Of a DNA stretch of 64,000 nucleotides, positions 51,320 to 64,000 are shown one piece after another; positions within the stretch are counted from its first letter, which is position 1; each line of letters opens with the position of its first letter. The notes beneath the pieces were generated by a model. The model saw only the letters and a program-made list of their open reading frames with translations. It searched no databases and had not been told where the DNA came from. This DNA is from Vicugna vicugna (taxonomy: Eukaryota): positions 1,515,111-1,579,110 of the forward strand of contig MU058824.1 of assembly GCA_013265495.1 (NCBI GenBank). The letters run 5' to 3'. The translations under genes were made by a program, and so were the position numbers.

Positions 51320-52380
51320 ATTTGATGATAGAAATTCACAAACCTACAGTAGAAGGAATAGTATCAGGAGCCCCATGTGCTCCTCACCCAGCTTCAACAG
51401 TTATCGCCTTTTGGCCAATCTTGTTTTATGATTATCCCCATTCACTTCTTCCCTTCCTTTGTTATTTTGAAGCTAATCTCACATATTAAATCATTGCATT
51501 TGTAAATATTTTCGTTTGTGTCTCTAAATGATAGAGACTCTTAAAAATCATGATTACACCCTTAAAAATCAACATTAATTGTTTCATATCATAAAATATC
51601 CAGTCAGGATTCAAATTTCCAGTTGTCTCATAAATATCATACATTTTTAAGTTTATTTTGAATCAGGTCCACATATTGCGATCGGCTGATATATTTCTTA
51701 AGCATATTTTTTAAAAAATGTGATAAAATATGCATAATGTTACATTTATCATTTTAGCCATTTTAAAGTATACAGTTCAGAGATATTAAGTACATTCACA
51801 TTGTTGTGCAACCATCACCACCATCCATCTCTAGAACTTTTTCATCATCCCCGACTGAAGCTTTATACACATTAAACAGTAACTCCCCATTCCTCCCTCC
51901 CTCCAGCCTCTGGGAACCACCATTCTACTTTCTGTCTTTATTAATGTGACTACTCTAGGTACCTCATGTAAGTGGAATCATGCAGTATTTGTCTTTTTGT
52001 GACTGGCTTACTTCACTTAGCATAATGTCTTTAAGGTTCCTCTATGTTGTAACATGTGTCAGAATTTAATTTCTTTTTAAGGATGAATAATAGTCCATTG
52101 TATGTAGATGTCACATCTTGTTTATTCATTCATACATTGATGGACAGTTGGGTTGCCTATACCTTTTGCTATTTTGGCCGTTGTGAATAATGCTGCTATG
52201 AACGTAGGTATATAAATAACTCTTGAGCATTTAAGCATCTTTTAATCTATAGATTCCACCTTCATCTCCCTCCTTCCTTTCTCTCTTTTCTTCTTGCAAT
52301 TTATTTGTTGATGAAACTGGGTCATTTGTCCTGTAGTGTTCCCCACTATCTGGGCTTTTGCTGATGACCTCATTAACTTT
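51320..52380 (-). mobile_element. Old L1MC-type 3' end, with an L1MA/MB 3' end (about 51706-52230) nested inside
   Basis: Inner: 'ttaagtacattcacattgttgtgcaaccatcaccaccatccatctctagaac...gtgaataatgctgctatgaac', flanked by the TSD ttaagcat (51698-51705 / 52231-52238). Outer: 'cacccagcttcaacagttatc...ttattttgaagctaatctc'. Confidence 0.85.
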
Positions 52381-52530
52381 TGGGCTGGCCACGGTAGCTT
52401 ACATTTTGTCATTTATATTGTACTTATTCTTTGCTGGGCACAATTTTAAGTTTTAAAAATATATAAACTGAGTTAACCCTATGAGATAAGTACTATTCAT
52501 TGAAACTCCATTTTAAAGATAGGGAAACAG

Positions 52531-53465
52531 ACATAAAATGGCCAATAGGCACATGGAAAAAATGCTCAATATTGCTAATTTTCAGAGAAATGCAAATCAA
52601 AACTACAGTGAAGTATCACCTCACACCAGTCAGAATGGCCATCATTTAAAAGTCCACAAATGATAAATGCTGGAAAGGGCGTGGAGAAAAGGGAACCTTC
52701 CTACACTGTTGGTGGGAATGTAGTTTGGTGCAGCTGTTATGGAAAACAGTATGGAGATTCTTCAAAAGACTTACCACATGATCCAGCAATCCCACTCCTG
52801 GGCATATATCCAGAAAGAACCTTAATTCAAAAAGATCCATGCACCCCAGTGTTCATAGCAGCACTGTTTACAATAGCCAAGACATGGAAACTACCTAAAT
52901 GTTGACAGATGACTGGATAAAGAAGTTGTAGTATACTTATGCAGTGGAATAATAAACAATAATATACTACTCAGCCATAGAAAAAATAAAATAATGCTAC
53001 TTGCAACAACATGGATGGACCTGGGGATTGTCATTCTAAGAGAAGTAAGCCAGAAAGAGAAAGAAAAATACCATATGATATCACTTATATGTAGAATCTA
53101 AAAAAAAAAAGACAAACGAACTTATTTACAAAACAGAAACAGACTCACAGACATAGATAACAAACTTATGGTTACCAGGAGGGAAGGGGGGTGGGAAGGG
53201 ATAAGTTGGGAGTTCGAGATTTGCAGATACTAACTTATATGTATATGTATATATATATAATAGATAAACTATAAGTTCATACTGTATAGCACAGGGAAAT
53301 ATATTCAATATCTTGTCGTAAATTATAGTGAAAAAGAATATGAAAACGAATATATGTATGTTCATGTATGAGTGAAGCATTAACCTATATACCAGAAATT
53401 GACACAATGTTGTAAACTGATTGTACTTCAATACAAAATATATATACAAAAATAAAAATAAAAAT
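52531..53465 (+). mobile_element. Lineage-specific L1, 5'-truncated (ORF2 cysteine-rich C-terminus + 3' UTR), inserted in a MIR
   Basis: Encodes [32 protein letters not shown]-rich tail; TSD aaagatagggaaacag (52515-52530) / aaagattagggaaatag (53466-53482) at a tttt|aaag L1 endonuclease site. Confidence 0.95.
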
Positions 53466-55021
53466 AAAGATTAGGGAAATAGGTTAAGTAGAGGTTAAAT
53501 GACTCATCCTCAATCACCTAGTTAGCACGTGCAGAACAGGATTCTGCCGCAGGCCGTCTAGTTGGATTATGCTGTACTGCTATTCAAGACAAGGGATTAG
53601 TTAAAAAGAGATCATGATTTTGATTCCTGGGGAGATTGGACCCAAACACATGGAAAAATAGAGATGGAAATTTAGGTTAACAGAGGGAATGTTACCAGAT
53701 CACACCTAATTGTCTTCCAGATGAGTAAGGTATACTGTGAATGTCAGGGGTGAGTACTGTTGGAGAAACCTCTTCATAGCTCTCAGAAGTCAGTGTAAAT
53801 CCAGACATATGAACCACCTTAGGGTACTTTGTTACATCGCTGTGAATGCTTATTGTTGAATAGCATATCCAAGATAGATGGTCATGGTATTCAGCAGAAA
53901 TAAAGCAAGGTAAATGGCTACCTGTCTTTCTGATAGCCCCTGGATGCCCCCTTTCCAAGAGCCTCATATTTTTTTTTAAAGTTTATACTTATTTTTGAAA
54001 CAACATAACACCTTTTTGGAGAATGGAGAAGAAAATCTTTAACTCCACCACTTCATCAGGTCTTTTTTTTTTTAGTTTCTTTTTTCCAGTAGCCATAAAT
54101 ACATACATTATACATGTGTACATATACATATATACATCAGCTTTAAAACTGAGAGTCATTTCTAAGTGTCTGAAACCTTAGTCTCTGGGCTTGTGAATTG
54201 AGAGGAAAGCATTTTCCTTCTTTGGCTGCTGTTTGTATCCCACTGCTCCAGTTAGCTTTGGGTAAAAGGAAAACCCAGGCATCATTGAAGGTTCTTTTGT
54301 AGCTGTGGGATTCCTGGTAAGGACCATGAAGCAAGTTAGAGGCAGGGGCTATGGTGGAAAAGGCACTGCCCAAGTGTCCACAGTGCCGTCCTTCTCCCTC
54401 CCTGCCGCAGACTCCCAGTGGGACCTCAGAAGGTCACTACTTCTTTGGAGCCTTACTGGGTTAAACTGGGCGACTGCTAGGTCTTTCCAGCTTTGACATT
54501 TAAGGATGCTTGGATACTAAGAAAATCATGATTTTTTTTAACAAAAAAGAAAGCTACATTTGTCTCTGAGCTGTAAAGGAGGCGTTAAGGTTATATTTCT
54601 GAAAAAAAGAGCACATCTTTTGTAGAAGAAAAATTGGTCAAATTGAGTCCTCTTGTCTGGAGAGTTAAATCAGTTAGATTTAAATCAAATCCACCCAGCC
54701 TTGCCCTGTCGTCACTGAGAGATGAATCAGGAGAAATCTACCTTTGAAACTGACCTGAATTCCAAGACATCCATCACTTTTTAATGGACCTTTAGAATGT
54801 GGACGTTCCTTTGGGCTCTGTGTTTTCTGTGGATGCCTGTGAATGAGGAAAAATGATAGCCACCACGACCCATTTAAAAAGAGTCATATTTAGGAAAATG
54901 GAAAATAACTCAGACACCTAGAAGTTGGGGAATGATTAAGATTATTACCAGATGTTAGTTCTGTGAGATCATCCAAAAAGTAAAATATCAACCTTGGTAG
55001 GAACATAAAGATAGTCTAGTC

Positions 55022-55262
55022 CAGCTGGTCTGTGACTGGGTGCCAAAGTAGCTGCATCTGAGAGCCCTAGGAGGTGGAGGTGGTTGGTGGTGGTGGTGGT
55101 GCGATAGTGAGCGGGGAGAGGACATATTGCTGAAAATTCAGATTCTGAGGCCCCACTCTCAAGAGGTTCATTCTGTGGATCCAGGTGAGACCTGGGAATC
55201 TGGATATTTAAAAGCTCCTCCGCTGATTATTATGCTAACCAAGCTGTGTTTGGTAACTCCTG
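55022..55262. mobile_element. MER5A1-like hAT MITE nested in a MIR
   Basis: 8-bp TSD gtctagtc (55014-55021) / atctagtc (55263-55270); interior 'aaattcagattctgaggccccactc...cctgggaatctggatatttaaaagctcc'. Confidence 0.75.
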
Positions 55263-56928
55263 ATCTAGTCCAAACCCATCCTTTTACTGAGAAGGAAATG
55301 GAGACACAGAGGGAACAAGAAGGAGTTACGTGGTGGCAGTACTGGGTCTGGAGAGGTGCTCTCAAATATTTACCATTTTATACCCCCCTGAAGTAGCAAA
55401 TATGAAGGTGATATCAAAACATGGAGGTGCTTTTCAAAAATGCTCTTAAATGGTAGATATATACCCTGCATGATTATAACCATGTAAATAAAGATAGAAT
55501 GGGGAATGAGGCTTAGAGGAATAGTCCTCCATTTGGGTGCCATGACTCTTGGCTACTTTCTTTCCTGTTGTTGTGAACTTGCTTGGAGGAAGAAACCAAA
55601 CATTTAAACGAACATTTAAAGAATAAGTAACATTTCTATTGACAATATAAGAGTGATGTTCATTCTTACATAAGGGAAGCTGTACTTGAATAACTAGGAT
55701 CTTCTTTCCCATTGACTAGCCCCCATACCATGGCCGGCACTCAGGGTAATGAGGTCAAATATTTTAACATCATTTGGGTAAGAACTTTTACATTTATTTA
55801 ACTTGTGAACAAAAGATGGGATTAGAGATCTTATTACCCTCTTGTATTTCTTCTCAATGTAATTAACCTAATTCTTCCTCCTGTTGGTGGAGTGAAGAAG
55901 GGAAAGTAGGTGGCCTATTCATAAAACTGGCACATCCAGCACTCTGGGCGTCAAGGGGGGTAGGGCACAATTTTCTTACACTCCTGCTGGGTAACAGGCA
56001 CCGGGCCAGGTATGGATTTCATGCAATCTCCTGAGTCCCTGTTAGCCACAGTTGAGGAAGCAGAAGAATCAGAGGGCTTAATGGCACTTGCCAGAATCCA
56101 GAGCTAGTGTGGGGTAGAGCTGAGATCAAACTTGGGGGCCTCTCTGTTTCCAAAGCCCACTATGTCTTCTGTTCTGGCAGCCTGCACACTTCCTGGGCTG
56201 GGCTTTGTCTGGAGAAGAATGGTGGAGCAGAGAGGAAAGGTTGGAGAAAGAGTATAGCGGGCCTGAGAGATGCTTGTCTGGCATTATCAGACATGTAACA
56301 TAAAATTCGCTGAATCCCAGTGTCAGGAACTAGAAGGCAGGGATTCCCAACCTGCCCAGTCCCTTAAATCAAACCTTCTGTAGGTGTAAGCTCCATAAGA
56401 CAGGGACCGTGTCTGATTCTAGCATGCCCAGCACATTACCTATGTTTGTTCAGTGCATTTGGGAGCATCCCCTACTACTGGAGGGATATTATTCCTTATA
56501 TTGCAACAAAATCTTCTCCTGCCCCCTCTAATCATTGTGCCTAGGATAGATCATGGGTGTTCCCTGGATGGAAAGTCAAGAGACAGAGGTTCTGGTGCCT
56601 AAGAACATCACACACCCATTGTGAGCCTCAGTTTCCCTGTAGGTTAAACAGCATGGCTGGTATTACTGATGGCCGAGGGCTTATCTCTGATGCCCCATGA
56701 GGCCAGAATGGGTGTAGGGGGTCCTTCTTGGAGACAGTCCTCTGAGAGACCTGCCAGCTTTGGGACCCTGTGCTGGCCCAGTGCTGGACAGCCCACTTTG
56801 AGGCACATTTGTAACACCCGAGTGAGTCTTATGTAAAATATACAAGGACACCTGAGAAAAATGTTACCCAAGAGCAGATGAGCCAAGGTGATGTTCATAC
56901 AGATGATTACCTTTAGGGATTTTGAGGA

Positions 56929-57458
56929 TGTATCAGTTCTCCAAGACCACCTCTAGGTTCAGTGATTTGCTAGGAGGTCTCACAGAACTCAGAGAAAGCC
57001 ATACTCACAGCTATGCTTTATTACAATCAATGAATATAAAGCAAAATCAGCAAAGGGAAAAGGCTCATGGGGGCAAGGACCAGAAGAACCACGTGCAAGC
57101 TTTCCAGAGCCTCCCCCAGTGGAATCACATGGGATGCACTTAATTCCCCAGCAATAAGTTTTGACAACACATGTGACATACCATCTACCCAGGAAGCTCA
57201 CTGGGCACTCAGTGCCCAGGGTTTTTAATGGGAGCCGATCACCTTGGCATAAACCAAAACTTCTAGACTCTGAAGAAAAGTAGGTGTTTGGCATAAGCCA
57301 TATCTGCACAATTTAGGCTCGGTGAGGCACTCTTACCAGGGGATGGTGGGAACCCTCCTCAAATCCAACTTCTTAGGTGCCAGCCAAGGGCCACCCTTGC
57401 AAGCAGGTCTTTCTAAGGACACAGTCGCCAGCTTGCTCCTCTAACCCTTTTCTGCACA
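56929..57458 (-). mobile_element. MER68-like ERVL solo LTR
   Basis: The reverse complement starts TGTGCAGAAAAGGGTTAG...CCTTAGAAAGACCTGCTTGCAAGGGTGGCCCTTGGCTGGC and ends GGTGGTCTTGGAGAACTGATACA. Confidence 0.85.
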
Positions 57459-57459
57459 G

Positions 57460-57735
57460 ACATAGTATTTAAAGGCGGTCCTCGCTGGGGACCCTGGAGC
57501 CAGGCTGCCTGGGTTCCCATCCTGGCCTGCCATCTGCTGTGTAGGTAATCTTGGACAAGTTTAAACCTTTCTACACCTCTGTTTCCTCATCTGTAAAATG
57601 AAGATGATAGTACTTGCCTCACTGGGTTGGTTGACAATTAGACAAGTTAGTCTGTGTAAAGCACTTCAACAGTGCCTGGCATACAGAAAGTGCTAACAGC
57701 TTAGCTGTTAGCTAGCTTAGCTGCTATTATAATTA
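57460..57735 (+). mobile_element. MIR, near full length
   Basis: 'ctggagccaggctgcctgggttccc...tttcctcatctgtaaaatgaagatgatagtac...gcacttcaacagtgcctggcatacag'. Confidence 0.9.
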
Positions 57736-58649
57736 CTATTGTGGTTGCAGTTTAAGGTTCTGTGGTGCTAAATATACATGCCTGATTGCAGAAAAGAAGC
57801 TTCCCAAGGACCATACGCAGTGTTAAGTAGAAGTGTCCTTCCCACACCGTGCCTGGTCTGAGACAGAGCTGGTGATCAGTGCTTTTGCATACCGAGGGGG
57901 TTTAGAGCCTTGGCAGGTGGGGAACTCAATTACTGCTGGTCTCCTGGGCACCAGGGAGTTCACGCTGGAGAGCGTCTTTGGGAAGGAGATTGATGGCAGA
58001 GGGAAAGGCTGAAGGCACAGGGTCACCCTCTAGCAGTCTGACAACAGTGATGGGATGAACCAGACCCCCATGTTCCAGCTTCTTCCCTGTGCAGTAGGAA
58101 GAGCCCCAGCCCAGCTTCTAGTTCCAGAGATGCCACCAGCTTGCTCAGTGACCTCGGGCCAGCCCCTGACACCTTGGGGCTGAACAAGATGTTCCTCAGT
58201 CCCCCAGCTCTGAAAAATTGTGCTTCTCGGGGCCTCCCTGGGGCTGAATCTGGGTTAATATGCCGGCAAGTTCCAAGGTCTCCGTGTTAGAACCCAGGGC
58301 TCCTTTTAGACTGACCCAGGCAACTCAGACACGCTTCAGTTCCCAGCCTCCTTTTCCTTATTCACAGTCTTGTCCTTTCTGCTCTTTGCTGCCCACATCT
58401 ATGTCTGTAACTGTCCACTATATTTGTTTTGGAGGTCATGGTTACGACTGGGTCAGTGACCATATGTCTATGTCTGCCAGCAGCCAGAAACTGCAGTGCA
58501 AAAGGAAATGTGTTTGGGTGGCATCCCCACCCCTGCTCGCTCTCTAGATCCCTGCTTGTCCCGAATGACTGCCAAGTGTAGAGGTCCAGACAGGTCATGC
58601 ACTCTGTCCTCCAGGTGACACTGCAGCAAGGGACATAAGGCAGGCTACA

Positions 58650-59035
58650 TCGGATGGGATTTGGGACAGAAACTCAGTTCAAGATGACTTCAGGGGAAAG
58701 AAGGAATGGATTGGAATCATTCCAGGACTTGGTTCCTCTCTCCCCTCTCTTTTTGATTCTGTGCTGGCTGCATTCTCTTGTGGCTTTTCTCCTCCTGGTG
58801 GGAAGATGGCAGTCAGCAGCTCTCAGCAACACCAACAAAAAAGCGATTCTTTTTGCTAACAAAGCAAACAGAAGTCCCCAGACTGAGCCTCGGTGGACCT
58901 GTTGGGGTCAGTGCCTATCTCTGCCCATGTCGCTGTGGCCACAGGGATATAGTTGGCTCACATGATGAGAGTGGAAGAAGAGCGCTCCCCCAAGGAAGAT
59001 ATGGGCTCTATTTCCAGGAAGAAGAGAGCATGGAT
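58650..59035 (-). mobile_element. Old MaLR LTR (MLT1K-like)
   Basis: 'tctgtgctggctgcattctc...ggtgggaagatggcagtcagcagctc...cagaagtccccagactgagcctc'. Confidence 0.55.
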
Positions 59036-59249
59036 ATTGAGCTCACAGTCTTGTTGGGGGAAGCAGACACAGAAACAGACAATGAAACATAAAGAGGAGC
59101 TCCAACTTAAACAAAGGCAGGATGAAGTCCCTGCTCTATTAAAATCTTTGTTAACAGTGAATTTCAGAAACAAAGATAGAGGAAGGAAAGTCCACTACAC
59201 AAGTGGAACGGTGATGCCTCTGTGTGTATATGTGTGTGTGTGTGTGTCT

Positions 59250-59630
59250 GTGTAGGATGGGCAGAGCATAAGGGCGGATTTCATGTAGGAAATTACCTTT
59301 CTCTATCATCACTGGCGCTGCCCCACCGTAGCCTTTGGGCACTCACCATGCCCCCCTGCAGTGATGCCCTGACCACCCCCACCTGCCAGCAGCCTGCAGC
59401 AGTGACTGGCAGGAGTAGGTTGGTGAATATCCCAACTCCTTGCCCTCCAGAGACCCCAGTGGATTGAGTCCAGTTACCCACAGCAGGAACCTGCTCAACA
59501 GAGCACCCTGATTGTTCCAGCTCTTTTTCTATTCTACTTCTGCATTTCCTTACTGGTGCTTTTTTGGAGTCACCTCACAAATAAAAATCCTCATCCCAGA
59601 GTCTGCTTCTGGAAGAAACCAGCTAAGACA
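59250..59630 (+). mobile_element. LTR33-like ERVL LTR
   Basis: 'ggattgagtccagttacccacagcaggaacctgctc...gtcacctcacaaataaa...agagtctgcttctggaagaaaccagctaagaca'. Confidence 0.75.
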
Positions 59631-59787
59631 GCCTGGAAGAATGAGTAAGATTTGGATGGATGGAAGTCATTAGGATGGAGGAGAGGTAGAAACAACGTAG
59701 GAGGAAGGAATTACGTGAAAAACGTATGGAGATGGAACAGAGAGCACAGAACTTAGAAGAGAGACAGTGAATTCAGCTTGGCCCAAA

Positions 59788-60066
59788 CAGCACTTTTCAA
59801 ATCTTTTTGACTGTGATCCATGGTAAGATGTGCATTTTACAACGGGATACAGTACACTCACACCTGCACACACACACACACACACACACTCAGAGTCACG
59901 CACACATATGTAAAATGGAATTTTCATGAAATGAAAAATTCCTATGTGTGATGCACTTTGGTATGTCATATTCTGTTCTGTTCTGTGAAAAAATTCTGGT
60001 CAGGACCCGCTAGCTTAATTTGGTATCTCCTTAATAGAGTGTGATCTTCAGTTTTAAAAACATGGG
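59788..60066. mobile_element. hAT-Charlie (Charlie4-like) MITE with internal (CA)n, inserted in an L2
   Basis: TIR-like ends 'cagcacttttcaaa' and 'cagttttaaaaacatgg'; L2 body resumes on both sides (about 59630-60290). Confidence 0.6.
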
Positions 60067-61049
60067 CTAAAGGGAAGGGGGTAGGAATCAGAGTAGCGGG
60101 TGATGAGGGAGAAAGTTAGGTTAGACCAGACCTCAGAGGAGCCTGAATGTCAGGCTGAAATACCTGCACTTGATTCTGGAGTCATGGGGAGTCACTGCGG
60201 GCTTCTGAGTTCAGTTCCCAGCTGAGCTTCAGGAAGCTTATTATGGCAGTGCAGGGGATGGGCTGAAGAAGCAAGGAGACCGTGAGGAGCCTGCTTTGTG
60301 GTCCAGCTGAATTGCTTTGCTTCAGGGTCTGCCTTAGGACTAGGGCAGGGGGATGGAGAGGCGGAAGCAGATGGTGGAGGCACCCAGCCTCAGTGGCTAA
60401 TTGGACAGGAAGACTGAGGAAGGTGAGAAAGAGGCCTTGGGGTCTCCAGGCTGGCTCATGGGGAGGAGGGTGGAGGCCATCATCTTCCTTGGTTACTGAT
60501 GAACTATTTATCAGGGCATGAAACTTTCATTAATGTTATTCCGGTCTGTGAGTCTGGAAATGTCATAAAGAACTTGTCGACTGGTCAAGCAACTTGTACT
60601 TAATGTGTCCAGAAAGCAGAACTGTTCCCAGAGCTGTCGTAAGTGGGAAGTAGCCGTGCTGGAGGAGCCTTGCTTCTTGATGGATTTCATTCTTGCAGCT
60701 CTTCACAGCGCCCCTCTTCTCCCCTTGGGTGAGGCCCTCAGGGTCCCCCTCCAGCCCCACCGCCCATCGACCTACTTACTGCACGATTCATATGGAGCCA
60801 AGCTGGGGGAGCTGTGTTCTTGCCTTTCATTCACAGAATATTTACCTGGCCAGGGGCCCACTGGACACTGAGGATGCTAATTTGGTCCCTGCCCTTAAGG
60901 GGCACATGGTCTTGTTGGGGGAAGCAGACACAGAAACACACATAGGATCATGATGAAAGTGGCTCCAAATAAATGAAGGCAGAATGGAGTGTCTGCTCTA
61001 TTAAAACTGTTGCAAAGATTTTCAGGAACAAACAGGAAGGAAGGGAAAC

Positions 61050-61560
61050 TAACATTTTGAGCACCAATAATGTGGCAAGTGCATGCTAGTTGCTTTACTT
61101 ACGTTAGATACTTCGTCTTACAGTAACTCTGTGTTTTATGGATCTGTGGACACCCCTCCAATGAAAATTACCTGTGTGTGTAGAAGTGCGGTGTGTGTGC
61201 ACAGTGCGTGGTATGGCGGGGTGGTATGTATGTGCATGATGTATGTGTGTGTGTATGTGTGTTATGTGTGGTATATATGGTAGGTATGTATGATATGTGT
61301 GTATGAATGTTACAACACAGGTCCTTGGGTTCCATCTTAGACCTACTGATTCAGATTCTCTAAGTGTTTGTGTGGAGGTGGAGGGGAGAGGAGGGAAACC
61401 CAAGAAATCTGTACTTTAGTAAGGTCTCCAGGCTATTCTTACGTGTACTAAGGTATGCAAATCTCTGTGGAGATTCCTTATTTTTCCCCACTTTACAGAT
61501 CGGGAAACTGAGGCTCCAAAAGTTTTAGGAACTCAGCCAAGCTCAGCCTGTTAATATCTT
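61050..61560. mobile_element. MIR (-) interrupted by a MER5-like MITE carrying a TG/TATG low-complexity tract
   Basis: 'ttagacctactgattcagattctct...aaatctgtactttagtaaggtctccagg' and 'actttacagatcgggaaactgaggctcc'. Confidence 0.65.
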
Positions 61561-63639
61561 ACCCCAAATCCCGTGTGTGAGACTTACTGATCTGCTAGTG
61601 GTTCCCTCAGGCACCCTGCCCCGTTTCAGAACCTGTAAGCCTCCCACCTTGCATAGCCTGCGTATCACCCACTCTGCACAGGTGGGCTCTCCTTCAGGAA
61701 GTCTTCCAGGATGCCTGCCTGCTGTCCTTCTCCAGTGGATTAGACTTCTCCCTGCTCTGGGCTCCCAAAGCACAATTTGCCCCAAGTCTAGACCAATCCT
61801 TGTCTGTGGCCCCTGCCCCATTAAAGCATCTCTCACATTCCCTGTATCAGGACCATATCTGGAACATGGTAGGACTGTTCTGTCTGTGGTCCCTCAGCAT
61901 CACTCAGGGAGAGACAGATTCTGACTCGCAGCAAAGGGAGCATCAGGCTGATTTCATGGAGATAGGGGAAGTATTTGAGCTGAGCCTTGTAGAATAAGGG
62001 GAAAACAAGGGCAGTCTGCCCCTTCATGCTGTGAGCAGGTTTACTGAGTGTTGAGTAGTTGGCAGCTAAGTGGAGACAGCAGGGCAAGCTGCAGAGTGTC
62101 CATGACTAATAGTGTCTGTGATTCCATCCCTAGGCTTGGATGAGGTTAGGTGATTACATTCAGTTCAGCACCCATTACTTGGGTGCCCAGTGGATGCTGG
62201 AGCTACAGCAGATCCAAAGGTGAAGTAGGGCCTGGTTCTGACTTTAGCAGCTGTTTAGAGGAAATTACTATCAAGTTGTTGAAATGTTTTATATATCTTT
62301 GGCAGTTTTTTTTAAAGGTTCAAAACTTAAAAATTATTCAAGTAAAATAGAAATCTTAAATGTTGAGACTGGTGGAATTTAGCCAAGACTCCCTTTTTAA
62401 TTCAAGTGAAGTGATCACAAGGAAAAGAGGTAAAAATTGAGGGAGCCTCAGAGCCAGTTCCAGGTTATAGAAGAGGCCTGTCCTGAGGCCACCACAGTGC
62501 CACTCTTTCTGGTTAGGAGAGAGGATCTGCATGGCCAGAAGCACCTGGTTTTCCCCTAGGCCTGGCAGGGGAGGTCCCGGGTCAGCAGGGCACTTCCCAA
62601 GGAAAGGTAGTTTATAAAGGAACCACTGGAACCTTTAGAGGGAGCAGCTGCCAGTGGAGATGCTGGCACCATATGTGGCCAGCTGGATCTCCAGCACGGG
62701 CTTCTGGGTCGGGGGAGAGGGCAATTATGAGGTTCTTTCTGAAATAGAGTGTGGGAAACCAGGATTTTCTAGACCCATCATAAATGGGTCTTGTATCTGA
62801 AATTTTTTTCTTTGCATATGCGTGTGTGAGAGGGATGGTTGATGATTAGATATGAGGCTGAAATTTATACTAGGTTAATTAAGTTGTATTTGTAGGAAAA
62901 TTGTGTCACTGCAAGGTATGCTGTTTCTCCTCTTCCAAGGGTAGGGGGTGGGGTGGCGCTGTCCCGTCCATCCCCAGGCAATGCCAGTCTCCTGGCAGCT
63001 GCCATCTTCATGGTATGGTGGTCTGGGTCACACTAGATGTGCAAGGCAACGACAGGTATCAGAACACACAATGGATACTTTGGGTGAATACAACCTGTTT
63101 CTATCATGATTGCTGGATGTCTGGGAGTGAGAGGTCCTGCTGGGGAGGACACTGTCTTGAGACATCTTAGGCATAAAGCTTCTGGCAGTCTCCATTGCTG
63201 TGCCCTGGGCAGAACCCCCTACTCAGCTGCCCATGAGCCATCACAGACTCTTCTGGAAGGAAGAAAGGAAGTACAGGGCAAAAGGAGAGGAAGAACTAGC
63301 CCTGGATGGGGAGTGGGGCCGTGGTTCCAGCCCCATCCCCACCAGCCTCTCTGTTGCCCTGGACAAGTCACTTCCCCTCTCTAGGTCTCCTTCTTCAACT
63401 TGAACCTGGTGGGTTTGAACTAGATTATCTGCAAGTATGCTTCCAGCTCATATATTTTGAGTCTGTGATTAGAATTGGACTCTAAGCATTTCTCATTAAT
63501 CTAGAACACCCTTTGGGTAACTCTGTAGAGTTATTATGTGCTTTGTTCTGGGTCTCTTTCCAGGTCTTTTCATCTCTTTGTTCCCATTTTGTACTCTTAT
63601 TTTTAGCTCCTCTTTTTCCTCACCACCCTTCTTCATAAA

Positions 63640-63830
63640 AGATTTGGGAGACAGACAGACTTGGGTTTGAATCCAGGCTGTACCACTTCTGTTTGTGTGA
63701 TTCCAGGCAAATTATTAATAGCTTATCTAAGCCTGAGTTTACTCACATGTCAGACAGGAATAATATCTATTCTCTGGTTGTTATGTTATTAAATGACATA
63801 CTCAGGTATATGAGCAAGTGTTCTCTGGCA
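63640..63830 (+). mobile_element. MIR
   Basis: 'cagacagacttgggtttgaatccaggctgtaccacttct...ggcaaattatt...tctaagcctgagttt'. Confidence 0.8.
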
Positions 63831-63839
63831 TATATATCT

Positions 63840-64000
63840 ATGTGCTAAATTTCTATTACAGCCGACGCAAATTACCACAAATTGAGTGGCTTATAACAGC
63901 ACAGATTTATTATCTCACGGTTCTGGATGTCAGAAGTCCAACGTGGGTCTCCATGGGATAAAGTCAAGATGTCAGCAGGACTGCGTTCAGGAGGCTAAAG
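63840..64000 (-). mobile_element. MLT1 MaLR LTR, cut by the window edge
   Basis: 'aaattaccacaaattgagtggcttataacagcacagatttattatctcacggttctggatgtcagaagtcc'. Confidence 0.85.

Overview
Mammalian genomic DNA, probably camelid (inferred from a tRNA-Ala-like SINE resembling Vic-1 and from no recognisable Alu, B1, BovB/Bov-tA, PRE-1 or Can-SINE). The window holds the upstream region, CpG-island promoter, coding exon 1 (10679-10999, + strand, 107 codons, GT donor at 11000) and about 53 kb of intron 1 of GABBR2 (GABA-B receptor subunit 2). I see no other protein-coding exon. The other ORFs in the track are chance, GC-rich or transposon-derived frames. The rest is a dense record of old mobile elements: MIR, L2, CR1/L3, old and lineage-specific L1, MLT1/LTR16/LTR33/MER68 LTRs, a deleted ERVL provirus, and hAT and Tc1/mariner MITEs. 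Family names come from my recall of consensus sequences, not from a RepeatMasker run, and boundaries are approximate. I found no novel multi-gene system. The best leads are: (1) an upstream in-frame ATG that could extend GABAB2 by 14 aa, possibly through loss of a uORF stop; (2) a triplicated quasi-palindromic CTCF/E-box motif at 50.6 kb; (3) a local ~145 bp direct duplication 1.86 kb apart; (4) a two-LTR ERVL remnant next to a solo LTR, both nested in an old L1; (5) a very ancient L1 reverse-transcriptase fossil at about 0.9-1.5 kb.
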